Below, piece after piece: positions 24,401-36,957 of a stretch of 64,000 bases of DNA. The notes below the pieces were generated by a model. It was not told where the DNA came from. It worked only from the letters and a program-made list of their open reading frames with translations, and did no database searches. Both the position numbers and the translations under genes were made by a program. Numbering within the stretch: position 1 is the first letter of the stretch; every line of letters begins with the position of its first letter. Source of the stretch: Podarcis cretensis. Taxonomy: Eukaryota. The stretch spans positions 51,894,001-51,958,000 of the forward strand of contig OX638150.1 in the NCBI GenBank assembly GCA_951804945.1. The letters run 5' to 3'.

Positions 24401-25145
24401 TCAAATGCATCCACCATTTCCAGACAGCATTAACTGCCATGCTTGTGTCCAAATAACCCAGCAGGTTGCATTAGAAGTGGTTTTAGATGATTTACTACCA
24501 TTGTTTATTTGTTTCTCTAAGAAAATAAGACCTGGAAGGGCCACCTGAATGAGCAACAGCACAGTGGGATGGAAATGATGGAAGTATTGTGCTTTTCAAG
24601 CCGTGTTCTCAGTTACATTAGTTGTGGCAGAGAGACACAATTTTTCTGGTTGCTTGCCCATCATTGGTCTTTTATTTGCTCCCAAGAGTTGTTGAAATAT
24701 GTACAGGAAGTCCGAGTCGCACGTCTCACTTGTTTCCACACATAGCTGCTCTTAAAGTGGAAGCCTTCCATGATTAGCTTAATGTCTGAAAAGTGTATAA
24801 ACCCAGTAATAGACAGCATGGCGAATTTGTGAAAATTCATTTTGGCAGAGGTGACCATGTGAGTCGCAATTCTATGCTTCAGTTAATGGGATATAAGGCA
24901 GCACAAATGTACACAGAACTCGTGTTACATTCTTATGAGCAATCTCCTCTGACATTAGCATCTAAGATGGTATCCTGCTTTCAGGGCCTGATTAAAACAT
25001 TGTTTACGTGTCCTGATAGGGTTGCTTAAATGTTGATATGTTTTTTGTCTGCTGATTTTTCAGTTGTTTTTAACTGCTTTTTATTGATAACTTTAGTGTT
25101 TCTTGGAAACTGCCTAGAGGTTTTATTACAACCAAATGGTATATA

Positions 25146-25821
25146 CCGTATTTTTTGCCCTATAGGACACACTTTTCCCCCTCCAAAAATGAAGGGGAAA
25201 TGTGTGTGCGTCCTATGGGGCGAATGCAGGCTTTCGCTGAAGCCTGGAGAGCGAGAGGGATCAGTGAGTACCGACCCCTCTCGCTCTCCAGGCTTCAGGA
25301 AGCTATCCGCAAGCCTTGCAAGCCCGGCGGGAGGTCCCACGGGCTCGCAAGGCTTGCGGGCAGCAGCCTGCAGCCCAAAAGCTCAGGGGACAGCGGGGAG
25401 GCGGAGCGCCGCCACCCCACTATTCCCCGACCTGATCTGGGGGCTGGCGGGGGGAGAAGCAAGCTTGCTTCTCCCCCCCCCGCCAGCCCCACAAGCTCGC
25501 GGGATAGCGGGGAGGCGGAGCGCCACCACCCCGCTATTCCCGGACCTGGTCTGGAGGCTGGCGGGGGGGAGAAGCAAGCTTGCTTCTCCCCATCGCCAGC
25601 CCTCAAGCTCGGGGAACAGCGGGGCAAGCCGCTGCCCCACGGAGGCTAGAGAGGCTGTCCCTGAAGGCAGAAGAGGGAGACGGAGCGCTCTGTCTCCCTC
25701 TTCTAGCTTGGGGATGGCTGCGCAAACCTGGGGGGGAAATAAAAAAAATTTCCTTGATTTCCCCCCAAAAAAACTAGGTGCGTCCTATGGGCCGGTGCGT
25801 CCTATAGGGCGAAAAATACGG
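25146..25821. mobile_element. Tc2/pogo-like non-autonomous DNA transposon with a GC-rich hairpin interior
   Basis: TA|CCGTATTTTTTGCCCTATAGGACACAC...GTGCGTCCTATAGGGCGAAAAATACGG|TA: ~27-bp TIRs and TA TSD. Inserted in a LINE-like AT-rich tail (GGTATA...TAATTTTATTAAATAAATAAAT). Confidence 0.9.
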
Positions 25822-27594
25822 TAATTTTATTAAATAAATAAATATTACTTATTAACTGAAGGACAGAAAAGTAATATCAATTAAAAACCTTTTGCACCTT
25901 CAGGTAATTAGTTAGCCTAAGGTGTTACAGTTAAGTCTTGGTATCTTCACTCTTTGCAAGAAATATGCAAAGAGACGGTGCCCAGTTATTGAAGTGACTG
26001 AATGTCAAGCAAAAAAGGTTTGGGAGTTGTCTCTACTGTATGCTTTTTGTAACCTTCCAGGGCCTCTCGCCTTCCTTCCATGTCACAAGCATTAGAATCT
26101 GTCAAATTATCTACAGTGAAATGGAAAATGATGTGACAACCTAGCTTAACGTAAGCCTGGGAGGATTTGCCAACAGCTACAGGTAGGCAAGGGACCATGA
26201 CTCCTTTTAGAGTTCAAAGATGCTGAATTGATAGCTTGCCTTTTTTTCTTTTTTTAAAAAAGAGAAGCTGTCTTGGAAACCCCTTAACTATCCATTTAGC
26301 TGTCTTGCATTCTGATATTGTTAGTGTCTGTGGCCCCACTGTCTGTGTCATATGTAGAGGAGTTAGGACTCTTGCGCAGGAGCAGAGTGTAGTGATACAA
26401 GTGGTAAAGTTACTCTTGTTAGTGTACTTTGCAGTGGTGGAACCAGAATAGCCTTTTCAGCTCTCGTAGTGGACATGGTAAATAAACATTGAGTTTGTGG
26501 AGATGTTGGATTAAGTTGATCCACTTTTGGGGCTAACCTCTGCTAATTTTCCATACTGGCTTTGCACATAACACCTTTGTGTGAGAGAGTAGAGTGAAAA
26601 AGAGGTTCACTCTGCATTGGCAACACTAAGCAGTATGGGTTGCTTCACAAATTTCAGATATTAAATACTAGCCAGCATTTTGCTTATCAACATTCTCAGG
26701 TACAGCCTGTGTACATTTCCCAGTAGCCAGTTTATTAGCAGGCTACTGTGTGTCATTCATATCCCATTTCGTTCAAAAACAGATGGTTGTGTATGCAGAT
26801 CCACAACAATCCCTCATTCTGATCATTCTCATCCCCCCCCCCCCCAAAAAAAGCTTTTCTTTGCAATGCTTAGCCTAGTAACATAGGCTTGTAAAGACAT
26901 AAGGAAACCTGTTATACTTACGGTTAGTTTCTATAGTTGGTATGTAATTCATGGTCAAAATTACCTTAGTGTGCAGAGAGAGGCCCTTTCACAGAATGTA
27001 ATTCAAACTATGAACACCACGTGACAAGTTGATCATTGACTTCTTTGCAAAATTTACACAGTGATCTGATATGAATGAGCCCACTGAATCTGTATGGGGT
27101 CCCTTTGTGCGAGCTGTAGTTAAACTAGGAAGTCTCCTAAACATCAAGGATCTCATATCAGCTTCAACCCAGATGCTGGGTTGGTCTAAAGCAGGTAACC
27201 ATATTGTTCCAGTTTGGACAGAAATGGTAAACTGTTTCATTTGTGGCTTCCTGGTTTAACCACAGCTCACATGAACAGGCAAAAGTCAGGAGGCATGGTC
27301 ATCTGAATGCTGGCCTGGATCCATTGATCTTTTGATTTGTTCTCATTTTCACCCCAACTTTTAACAAGTCACCTTAACAACAGAACCAGTGGTAGTCCTG
27401 CATATAGATTGGATTTTTACCACAGGCAACAAAGGGTACTACAGGTGCAGGCAAACTTAAGCAGCAAATCCCTGTTTATTGAAGGTCTGGGCAAGAGCTA
27501 TCAAAGAAGTTTCAGGTTGCAAGGAGCTGCTTCTAAAGCCTATAACAGACATGCTCTCTGCTTTTACCATTTTTTCCACTTCAGGCCAGTGGGA

Positions 27595-30500
27595 ATATTT
27601 TACAAGCCAACATTTTATTTGTTTCATAAAACAGGTAAAATTTTATATTAATGTAAAACAGAACAAAATAAAAAACATATACACACACACTACAGATCAC
27701 AATGCTAGAGAGTATTAACATGTAGAGAAGTGCAAACTTCCCTCCCCAAAGAATCTGCATTGAAAGTTCTATTACAGAGAGATTAAAATCTGGCTTGTTT
27801 GAGAATGTGATACACAGATCACTGTCATGAACCAGAAAAATATCAAGAAGTTTCAGAAATCTCAAAACTTTTTAAAAAGCTTTTATACAAAGAGGAGATG
27901 GGGAGGAGGACGGCAGCAAAGTTTCAATTAAAACATAAAATTTTCACTCCAATATAAAAAAAGAGCAAAGTTCTTGGTGAACACATAAAATTCTATAAAA
28001 ACTACCAACCATCGATTAGGGTCTTTTTCTCTCTCCATTTTTAAAAGTAGCATTAAAAAGGATAAAAAGTGCACAGACACCTTATAAGGCACAAACAGAT
28101 CTTCTGAACAGATACTTTTCTCAAAACGAAACAAAAAAAGCAATAGCAAGAACAAGTTGCTAAATAGCCTCTACTTCCTAAAAGTTGTCTGTCAGAGTTT
28201 GAGAATTCCTTGTGAGACTGGAATAAGTAAAGCTGCATGTCCATTAACGCTGCTTCCCCAGCTTGCTTCACAGCAACACTTAGGCTGTGGACTTAACTCT
28301 GCCTAATAAAGCCCATGTCAGATGCTGCTCCTTTTGGGCAGTCTGTTCCCAACAGAAAAGATTAAACACCATATGTCCTTTCCTCCACTTATTTTGAACT
28401 ATCATAGGTCTACAAATTTCTTTTTCAAAATACCATTGCAGTTGGAAGCTAGTAAAGTAAAAAGGCACACCTTTCCAAGAATGCTTGTAGCACAACTTGT
28501 CAATGCAGAAGTCAGCTCCATTGAGACTATTGGGACTTACTGCCAGGTGTATGTGGTGTATAGGCTTGCTGTTTGGAAACTAGTTCTAGCCCAAAGGTAT
28601 CTAAGGGCAATGCTCAGGGGCGCTTTGCTATGACACAGCAGCTGGCAGAGTTTTACCAAAATTACAGCACTTTAAAAGGGGGTGGGAACAATCCAATCCC
28701 AAGTTACACAGGGAGTTGGGAGTAGAATGGAAGGTAGTGATCAGTACGGATCAGCAAACCCACTGACTACAAAAATGGTCACCCTTCCTTAGAATTGCAT
28801 CTCTGCAAAAATGTAAATTTGTTGACTTCTTTCTGGTAAGCTTCTCCAGAGCTTAACTCTAGCTGCAGTGATGGCAGCTACGACAAATAAATTTCATTCA
28901 AATTAACTCTGATTCATAGTTATGTCGCTCAGTGGCATCCTAGGTAAGCAGGATGGAATTGAGGATGGAACTGAGATGCAAGGAATATATTCATGCCTTG
29001 TCCCCGGCAAACATCTGGCACTGTGGTCATGCGCAGCTAGCAGCACCTGAAATAGAGTGAGCGGAAAGACCCCCTTGGAACACATGTCAGTAAGTGGGCA
29101 GCCCCTTCCATGTTGCTGGCTTGACTCAGCTTCATAATAAGAAGGTAAGTTTTGCTTTACACAAGTATCTCTATGAAGTATTAAACAGCAAATAGACAGC
29201 TGCATGGTGAAAAATAACTTTTGGAGGATCTGCCTTTTCGTGCACAGAGCTTGACAGCAGTGCCAACAATGGCAATTAACTTAGCAGGTGATTAAATAAT
29301 TGCAATCAGCTGAGTGGCTTTGCCCTTTCTCTCTGCTTTTTAACATATTATTGTGCAACTAGTAGCCCAAGTTAAATCTGCTCCCTTTCTCAATTCAAGC
29401 ATCACATCTCCTTTGCCCGCTAAACTTTTCAGCTGTCCATCATTAACATGCACAACAGGGTGAGAAGCTGAAATCAGCAAAAGCTGATTGTGGAGGTCAA
29501 GAAATGCAAAGATCTGCTCTTTAAGGTGGATGCAACAACCTGGAATCATCTTGTGATGGGCAGTGTTACTTGCTTTAACAATGCTGCTTGCATAATGCCT
29601 CCCATGTTGTGCAGTTATAGCATTATCTGCATTATTAATTGTCTCCTCCATGGTTATAGACTACAGCTGACGGTGCAAAAATTAAATGTAAATGCTCATG
29701 GAGATTCTTAAATCACTGACTAGGACTCCTGTTTGGTTTTAGGAGGCCTCAGTTACTTATCTCATCACAAAGCAGTTGCATTCCATGTAGGCAAAAGTTG
29801 TTTATAGAGTAACTGATGGCATTTTTAAACTAACCTCGCTGCCCTTCACATTTCCGTATGGTAATTAGGATACTCAAAACTATTGTAAAGTTACTGGAAG
29901 TCATCATGCACCACAGTGTTGTCCCAAACCACTCTAAAATGGAAAAGAAACAGGCTTTCCTGTTGACAAAGATATTATCTGCACCTTAAAGAAAACGGAA
30001 ACTCATCTGTCTTGTTTGATGCCTTTCCTTATGCAATATGTAACTGTAGCCAGTGGCAATTTAAGACTGCTAGGATTGTGTCATTGGCATTCACTGGCTT
30101 CCAGTGCAGCCCACAAACGATGCTAGTACAGCAACTTTGCCAGGAGCTAAAGGTTAGAAAAGCATTTCAACTAAAGACAGAGGAGAAGAGAGGCTCAGCT
30201 ACCCAATGAGGTACAGCTACCATGTTGCTCAAAGGACTATGAGAAACTTAGTCCACACATTTTTGTCTACAAAGCACTCCGTATTCCCTAAACATAATTT
30301 GTCCCTCTAAAGCCATTGCTGTCTTCCACCTTAAACTATGTATTATTTTCCCCACTAAGGGATCCACATGCCTTGTCATTTATGCCCAAAATTTGCACTG
30401 GCTTATTTCCCTTATTGGCAACACAGCATATCAAAGTATGCTGTTGAAAAGGAAAACTGCCTTCTTCCTGCTAGAAGGGCCCCATAGGCTCAGAATAGCT

Positions 30501-32136
30501 GTTTTATGGAAAAGAATGCAGCCATATATTGGGGCAGGCTCCCAAGTAAGCATTTCTGCCCTGGAAAGACCTACAAGCTGCTCCACCACAGTAGATCCTA
30601 GGATCTCGTCATAAATCAGATAAAACATCAGGATCACAGCTTTAGAGCATCTGTTGTACAATGGAATGGAATGCCTCTATTGAGGTGGAAGCAGCAAAAA
30701 GCCTGCTCTGGATAAATTCTACTGCTTTTAGATGGCAATGGGACAGGTTGCCTATGGGCAACTACAGTTGTGTGCACTGTAGTAGGATGCTGCCACACAA
30801 AGACTGAGCAAGGAAAGAGAATCGGCAGATAGGTCAAGCAAAGTTGCTTTATTGCTTGCATGGCACCTCTCCCCTAAAGCCCCAAGACATTTCACATCCC
30901 ATTCAGGCTAGTGTAGAGTTCAGAGGTTCCTATAACCACAATCAAAATGCATTTATCTTAAAAGCCGGAGCATCTAATAATAGCTTGCAAATTCTTTTTC
31001 CAACAAACAATGCCAAGAAAAGGGCTTTTAAATTTCAGTAAGATGCCTCTATTGTGGAGTAGATGACAACTTCCTGGAGAGGAAGAAATGAGAGATTCCA
31101 CATGGCTGCATACTTTACTGACAAAATCTCTGGGGAGTAATAGAGGAAAACATCCATCAGCTGTTTGCACAAATTTCAAGAGAGGGAACTCTGGACATTT
31201 GAAACCTAACAGTCCCCATCAGCTTTCTTTCTTTGTAGCTTGGTTCTAAGCATGGTTACTTGCTGTGACGATTCAGAACCGCCATGCAAGAAGCTGCTTC
31301 TCTTGTGCATGCAGAGGCTTACTTCTACCAATACGTTAACACTCTCCAGCTACAGAAGTGCTTCACAGTTGCTCAGTGCAACAGGAAGCTTCAATCTGTG
31401 ACTTACAAAGGAGGAAAGTGGGATTGTTTACTTGCTGTGTTCCAAGGACATCGATAGCTTTTTCTTCACTATTCCTCATACCTGCTTCCCCTGTTGAACC
31501 ATAAATGAGAAAAAGTGCCTTGAAGGAAGCAAATGTCATCCATTGCCTATTCCCCATAATTTTTACAAGATGACAGGAGTCATTTCACTCCACAGTGCCT
31601 CTGTTAAATCTTCCCCATATATTCCTCCCTGTTTGAAATTGCCTGAGTGCTGTTTCAGTAATTAAACTGCCTAATTCAGTAAATATCCCATGATTATGGT
31701 GGGGGGAGGTGCCCAGAATTATTATTATTAATTCAAACAATTGTTTTCTCCAGTACTTTCTGCCCAAGTGGGTTTCACTGTCTATTTTATGTTATTTTCT
31801 TTTGCTGGGTGGGGAGAGACTCCTCATGGCAAAGGTACTTACAGCTCAGCCCCCACCGCTACCTTAACCCTGCAGAGCAGCATCTTAATGAAGCTCTTCC
31901 CACTCAGCAGCTGTACCTTCGGCATCTACAAGGACCAGAGTGTTTCCCAGATCACTTAATTATCCCTGATTGGTTCCTACTGGTCAAAACACGGAAATAT
32001 AGACAAAAGAGCCACTCTGTAACCAGCACAATAACCCATAAGCGGTGACAGTAAGTTGTGGCAATGAGTAACAACGTTCTTCCTCCTGCCCCCTCGCCCC
32101 CTCCACACACACCCTCAGAACGGCTGGAAATGGGGT
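27595..32136 (-). other. NEURL1B: Probable NEURL1B 3'UTR (~4.5 kb)
   Basis: Repeat-poor sequence after the stop codon, ending in a U-rich block with AATAAA. The end point is inferred. Confidence 0.55.
27614..27619 (-). terminator. Candidate polyadenylation signal of NEURL1B
   Basis: TTTATT on + (AATAAA on -) at the end of a U-rich block. An alternative signal lies at 27475-27480. Confidence 0.55.
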
Positions 32137-32381
32137 TTAAGGGCGGTAGATTTTAATAATGTCTTTGATGACCCGTCGGCAGATTGGGCAGCAGGCATTG
32201 AGTTGTTTCTTCAGCTTAAGACCACAGGTGTTGCAGAGGCACATGTGTCCACAGGTGTAGATCACCACGTCCACCTCGTTGTCAAAGCAAACGGTGCACT
32301 CGCCATTCTTGCTGCTTGACGGCTCCGGAGGTGGGAACACGGGAGACACTGGAGGGCTCAGAGGTGAACTTGGAGCAGTCA
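32137..32381 (-). CDS. NEURL1B: NEURL1B last exon (exon 5), C3HC4 RING finger and stop
   Basis: ttgcag|TGACT; [81 protein letters not shown]. Confidence 0.96.
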
Positions 32382-33553
32382 CTGCAAGGAATGAGGAACA
32401 GAGAAACCTCGAGTCAGAACCACTTCCCTTTAATCTGAGCCTCTTATGTCAGGCTGCAAAGAAAAATGGGGAACGCAAAGGGTTGCTTCCTTTAGACAAA
32501 AGTGCTATGAACAAAAAGGTTTGGGGGATGTTTTAAAACCAGCAACACTTTGACACAGAGAGGGAACAGCAGAACTCAAGAAATGTTTGCATATATACCC
32601 TTTGTGGGAAGTAAAACCTCTATCAAGCCTGTTTCCACATTCATAAAAACTACAGTTTCAAACAGTTGTCATTTAGGAGGTTTTTAAAGATCAAAGACAT
32701 GCAGTATGACTTGCATGGGGTGCTGCTAGAGAGACTTTGTCTATCATGATTTGTCCCTGCTGTGGCTGTTGCAGGAACCACTTATCCATTCTGTTTCGCT
32801 GCCTGGCAGTCACGCTGGATGCAGCAACTTTCCAAATATGGTATTTGCAAGGGGTGGGGTACTTTCTTTAAAAGTCCATTTCTAAAGTGCATAGCAGAAT
32901 ATTCAGGTGAATTTTATATTAAAACTTATCACAGAAACAAGCTGGCTTCTTTAAAAATTATTTACAGTAACTGGTACAGCAGCTCTGCATTTAATGAATG
33001 GGATTTGGGGCTGTTCGTAGCTACATGGCGTTAATATTTGTATGGTTGGAGATTTAATAATGAATTCAATAAATAAAAGTACTAATAAAATGCTTTCAAT
33101 CATATACTTTGTATTCTAAAGCTCCATTAATAGAATCCTATAGCATGAGCTTTGAACCAGCAAAGGATGTTTTACCAGCTCTTAATATTTCTGGAGCAGA
33201 GTAGCTCATGATGATAGATTAAGCAGTATTGGCTTTCATCCAGCTGTGGTTTAGTGGTTGTGAAGTCCATATTTCATTCATCAATAGGAACTTTAATCCT
33301 TGCAGGATTTCAGTAGCACCATGTGGAGTGACAGTTGAATTTTGGGTTGTTGTTTTTTAATACAAATGATTTTGTATTGCATTTCATGTTCTATCTACCC
33401 TGGTTCTGCAAAAACCACACGTTACAGCCATAGCATAGGACAGCTCTTCATACACAAGGTCATTTCTTGTTACAAATGTCACATGGGGACCATATGACCC
33501 CAACCAAAGGAGCCCCTTCTGGAGCAGTTCATGAAATCACTGTGGGAATAGAC

Positions 33554-33677
33554 CAGGGCTGAGGAACGTGCGGCCCTCCTGATGTTGGACTCATGACCAT
33601 TTCCATCATTCCCACCCATTGGCCATGCCTGCTGGGGCTGATGAGAATTGGCATCCACCAAGGATTCCCCACCTTTG
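33554..33677. mobile_element. Short palindromic hAT-type MITE
   Basis: CAGGGCTGAGGAAC...TTCCCCACCTTTG with a near-perfect 8-bp TSD GAATAGAC/AGATAGAC. Confidence 0.7.
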
Positions 33678-33793
33678 AGATAGACAAACAATGGCTCTGT
33701 GGGAGCACTGGGGCAGCACCTTGCTCCCCTTCCCCTAGAACAGGCTGCCATGCAATGGTTTTCCTGTTCAGGTAAAGTGGTGCATCTACTCTT

Positions 33794-33998
33794 GGGAGCC
33801 AGCATGGTGTAGTGGTTAAGAGCAGTGGACTCATAATCTGGTGAACTGGGTTCGCTTCCCCGCACCTCCACATGCAGCCACTGGGTGACCTGGGACTAGT
33901 CACACTTATCTGAAGTATCTCAGCTTCACTCACCTCACGGAAGGGAAAAGGAGATTAAGGGGAGTGAAAGGCAGGATATCAAGTCCAAACTCCTCCTT
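33794..33998 (+). mobile_element. tRNA-derived SINE (Squam3-like)
   Basis: GGGAGCCAGCATGGTGTAGTGGTTAAGAGC (A box), GGTTCGCTTCCC (B box), CTGGGTGACC core and a CCAAACTCCTCCTT tail. Confidence 0.8.
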
Positions 33999-34062
33999 TT
34001 ATCATGCCATGGAGTTCTGGGTGCAACAGGTTTGTAAAGTAGCTTTAGTTTCTCTAGGCTTC

Positions 34063-34202
34063 ACAGAATTGTAGAATTAGAAGGGACCATGAGCATCATT
34101 TAGTCCAACCCCCTGCAGTGCTGGAATATTTTGCCCTATGTGGGGCTCAAACGCACAACCCTGAGTTTAATAGTCCCATGCTCTACCAACTGAGCCATCT
34201 CT
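34063..34202 (-). mobile_element. Short SINE: tRNA-Lys-like head fused to a CR1 3' tail
   Basis: Minus strand GATGGCTCAGTTGGTAGAGCATGGGACTATTAAACTCAGGGTTGTGCGTTTGAGCCCCACATAGGGC resembles tRNA-Lys(CTT), then GCAGGGGGTTGGACTAAATGA...TCTACAATTCTGTG (CR1 end). Confidence 0.8.
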
Positions 34203-34512
34203 CAGGGAGGAAGATATAACAGATATTTCCTACAGACAGCAACAGGTGTCACCTCATTTGTTACACTCAGGGTTTCCATCTGCTTGCATTAAAGTCTAAC
34301 ACAACCCCAACAGCAGCTTTAGGAAATCTGGACGCTCCTCTGTCACAGGAAGAAAGAGGAAGTTCGGCACACACTGCGCAAGTTACGACATGCCTCATTC
34401 AGGCAAAGCAAGACTCAACTTGTAAGGTCTGGCTCATAAGTTTTGGGCAGGGTGAAATGTGTGTATTCAAACAACAAGAGTGCAGGAGGCACAAAGTGAA
34501 AGGGTCCCTTAC

Positions 34513-34638
34513 CTAGGGATGACTCAGAAGCAGAAGAAGACCTGTTCACGCTGAAAGCCATATCTGAGTCACTGTCATATTGGGAGCCTCCAGGGGATCC
34601 TGAGGGAGAGACTGTCACAGGGCTGGACTGCACAGTGC
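34513..34638 (-). CDS. NEURL1B: NEURL1B exon 4
   Basis: tttcag|GCACT...CCTAG|gtaagg; 126 nt; GTVQSSPVTVSPSGSPGGSQYDSDSDMAFSVNRSSSASESSL. Confidence 0.95.
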
Positions 34639-35731
34639 CTGAAAATACAAAATAACAGGTTCCATCAGCTTGAGGGGTGGGGCAGGAATCTCTCAGGCAT
34701 GCAGTGCGGAACTGAGTCTACCCTGGGACAACACCATCCATTTCATCTTCACAATAGACTTACTGTGTAATTGGGAACTTGGTATTTTGTAATACTTATT
34801 AGCAGATTGATTTGTTTAAAGAAAATGAGCTTCCTCTGGTTCCAAGCTTGCCTTAACTGCCTCGTTAAAGCTCACTCTATTCCCACCCAATTCAGATAGG
34901 GGCAAAAATCTGACTGGCAAGATCCAACCAGGAGGTTGAAGACCAGTGGTGGAGAATGTCTAGAACATGGGCCCATGAGGCTGTTTTGACTAAGCCACAC
35001 CCACCTGCCCCTCCACCTGGCATCATACATGTGGGGTATGTGGTTTGGCCCACAGCAGGGTTTGCAGGCATTACCAGTCTGAAGAAAAGGAAAAGAGGGT
35101 CCTGTGAATTCCACTTACAAAGGACCTTGCAAGCAGGAAATTAGGATCCCAAGAAAGATGTGAAGTTACTAAAATACAGCCTACCCCCACCTAGCCAAAA
35201 GGGGGCAGCCAACTGAGAGTGATGCCTATGAAGTCAGGATAACTAAATGGAACTTCCCTGCTCGGAAGTGGTACATGTATCCAGACCAGAAGCTGAGAAC
35301 AAAGTGAGAGTGGAATGTAGCCATAATCCTCATGCCCTGCTTGGCTGCTTTTTGGCAAGAGAATGCTGGAGCAGAGGAATCTTGGGGCTGATTGTGCAAG
35401 GCAATTCTGATGTTCTGAATTATGGAACTACAATCAGCCCTGTTTCAAAGCAATGCTAGTTTTCAGCCAGAAATATAAAACTCAAATAGTGATCAGACCT
35501 CTATATTGGCAAAACGGCCCATAAACTGGTATGTGACCCAAAAGGGGCCTGGTGGTGGTACAAGAGGGCAGTCTGCATCTTTGCAACTGTGCTAGGGCCA
35601 CTGAAGCTGCTTACAGCACTGGCGTAACATTGATCAATACACCAGGGCCTACCTAAGTGTTCTAGTCAGATGTGATCGAGATCCCTCTCTGCTCCATCGC
35701 ATGGATCACATAGGCTTGTAGAAACAGTATA

Positions 35732-35964
35732 CAGTGGTACATCTAGTTACGAACTTAATTCGTTCCGCAGGTCCGTTCTTAACCTGAAACTGTTCTTAAC
35801 TAGAGGCGTGCTTTCGCTAATGGGGCCTCTTGCTGCCGCTGGCACACAATTTCCATTTTCATCCTGGGGCAAAGTTCTCAACTCAAGGTAACTCTTGCAG
35901 GTTAGCGGAGTTTGTAACCTGAAGCGTTTGTAACCTGAGGTGTTTGTAACTCGAGGTACCACTG
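35732..35964. mobile_element. Tc1/mariner (Tigger-like) MITE, second copy
   Basis: TA|CAGTGGTAC...CTCGAGGTACCACTG|TA. Same family and orientation as 12005-12230. Confidence 0.88.
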
Positions 35965-36249
35965 TAGAATAGTATGCACATTTACTAGCTATATGAAAAA
36001 GTACATATAAGTTGCCAGACAAGCGGCAGAGACATCTGGTTTTGACCATCTCCCCAAATATAAGATCATGCTTCAGCAATGCCAATGCAAGGCACAGCTG
36101 GTGGCAACAAGGGTTTAGTTGGCCTATAAAAATGCCACAGAGAGAGGCAACAGCCCACTGAAGCCAGGGAGAATGTAATGCCGCTCCAAAGCTGTAAAGA
36201 AATCTCAGCGTTGCACTACACTACACCCATATTTTTGAGCTGCACTTAC

Positions 36250-36957
36250 CTAATATTTTGAGTTGATTGATTACACCATGGATCGTGAAAAATACCCACA
36301 GTGACTGCGAGGTATCAACGCACATCAGCATCCCACGGTTGATCCCGTTTATTCCATGGTGCACTTCTCCATTTGGCAAGACCACAAAGCTGAGGATGTC
36401 CCCATTGTTGAGGACTGGGAAACCTCGGCAAACCACCCAGTATTCCTTGCGATCCAGAAGGAAGTCTGGATCCGCTGGGAGCTCATTTGTTCGTAAAGTA
36501 CCAGGATCACAAGAAGTGATGCCAAACGTGAGGGCTCCATAGTACGGCAGCCCCAGGTGTCCAACTTCCACAAAGAGGCTTTCGCCAATGTGCAAAGGCC
36601 GGTCGGAAAACACCAAAGTCCTATTGCTCTCTTGCCAGTTGGTGCAGGCAGACATGCGGTCCTGAGAAAAGTTAATGTCAGGCCCACGAATAGGGTGGAA
36701 ACGCAGGTCTGTATCGAGAAAGGCAGGCACCACTTGGGCAAGCTGCCGCCTGCTTGGACAGCAAGGGATGGTGTGATTATCTGTCGGCAGCGCAGGCATA
36801 CGGCTCAAGTTCAGATTAGCAATTTTGGCCACCACCTGGTTGTTCTCCAGTTCGTTGTTGTTGAAGTTGGCTGAGTCGTGGCTGCTCTGTGGAAGGCAAG
36901 TGCTGAGTCGTGCGTTGCTGAGACGGGTGGAGGTCATCGTCTCAGCAAACATGCTGT
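36250..36957 (-). CDS. NEURL1B: NEURL1B exon 3, second NHR (neuralized) domain
   Basis: ccacag|ACAGC...ATTAG|gtaagt; 708 nt; DSMFAETM...LRFHPIRGPDINFS...LVFSDRPLHIGE...LWVFFTIHGVINQLKIL. Confidence 0.96.

Noticed and set aside
25030-25824. 264-aa ORF and the overlapping ORFs
   Set aside because: They coincide with the GC-rich palindromic MITE. Low stop density explains them, and there are no transposase motifs.
34133-34202. tRNA-Lys gene
   Set aside because: Anticodon arm and B box are mutated and it is fused to a CR1 tail, so it is a SINE head.
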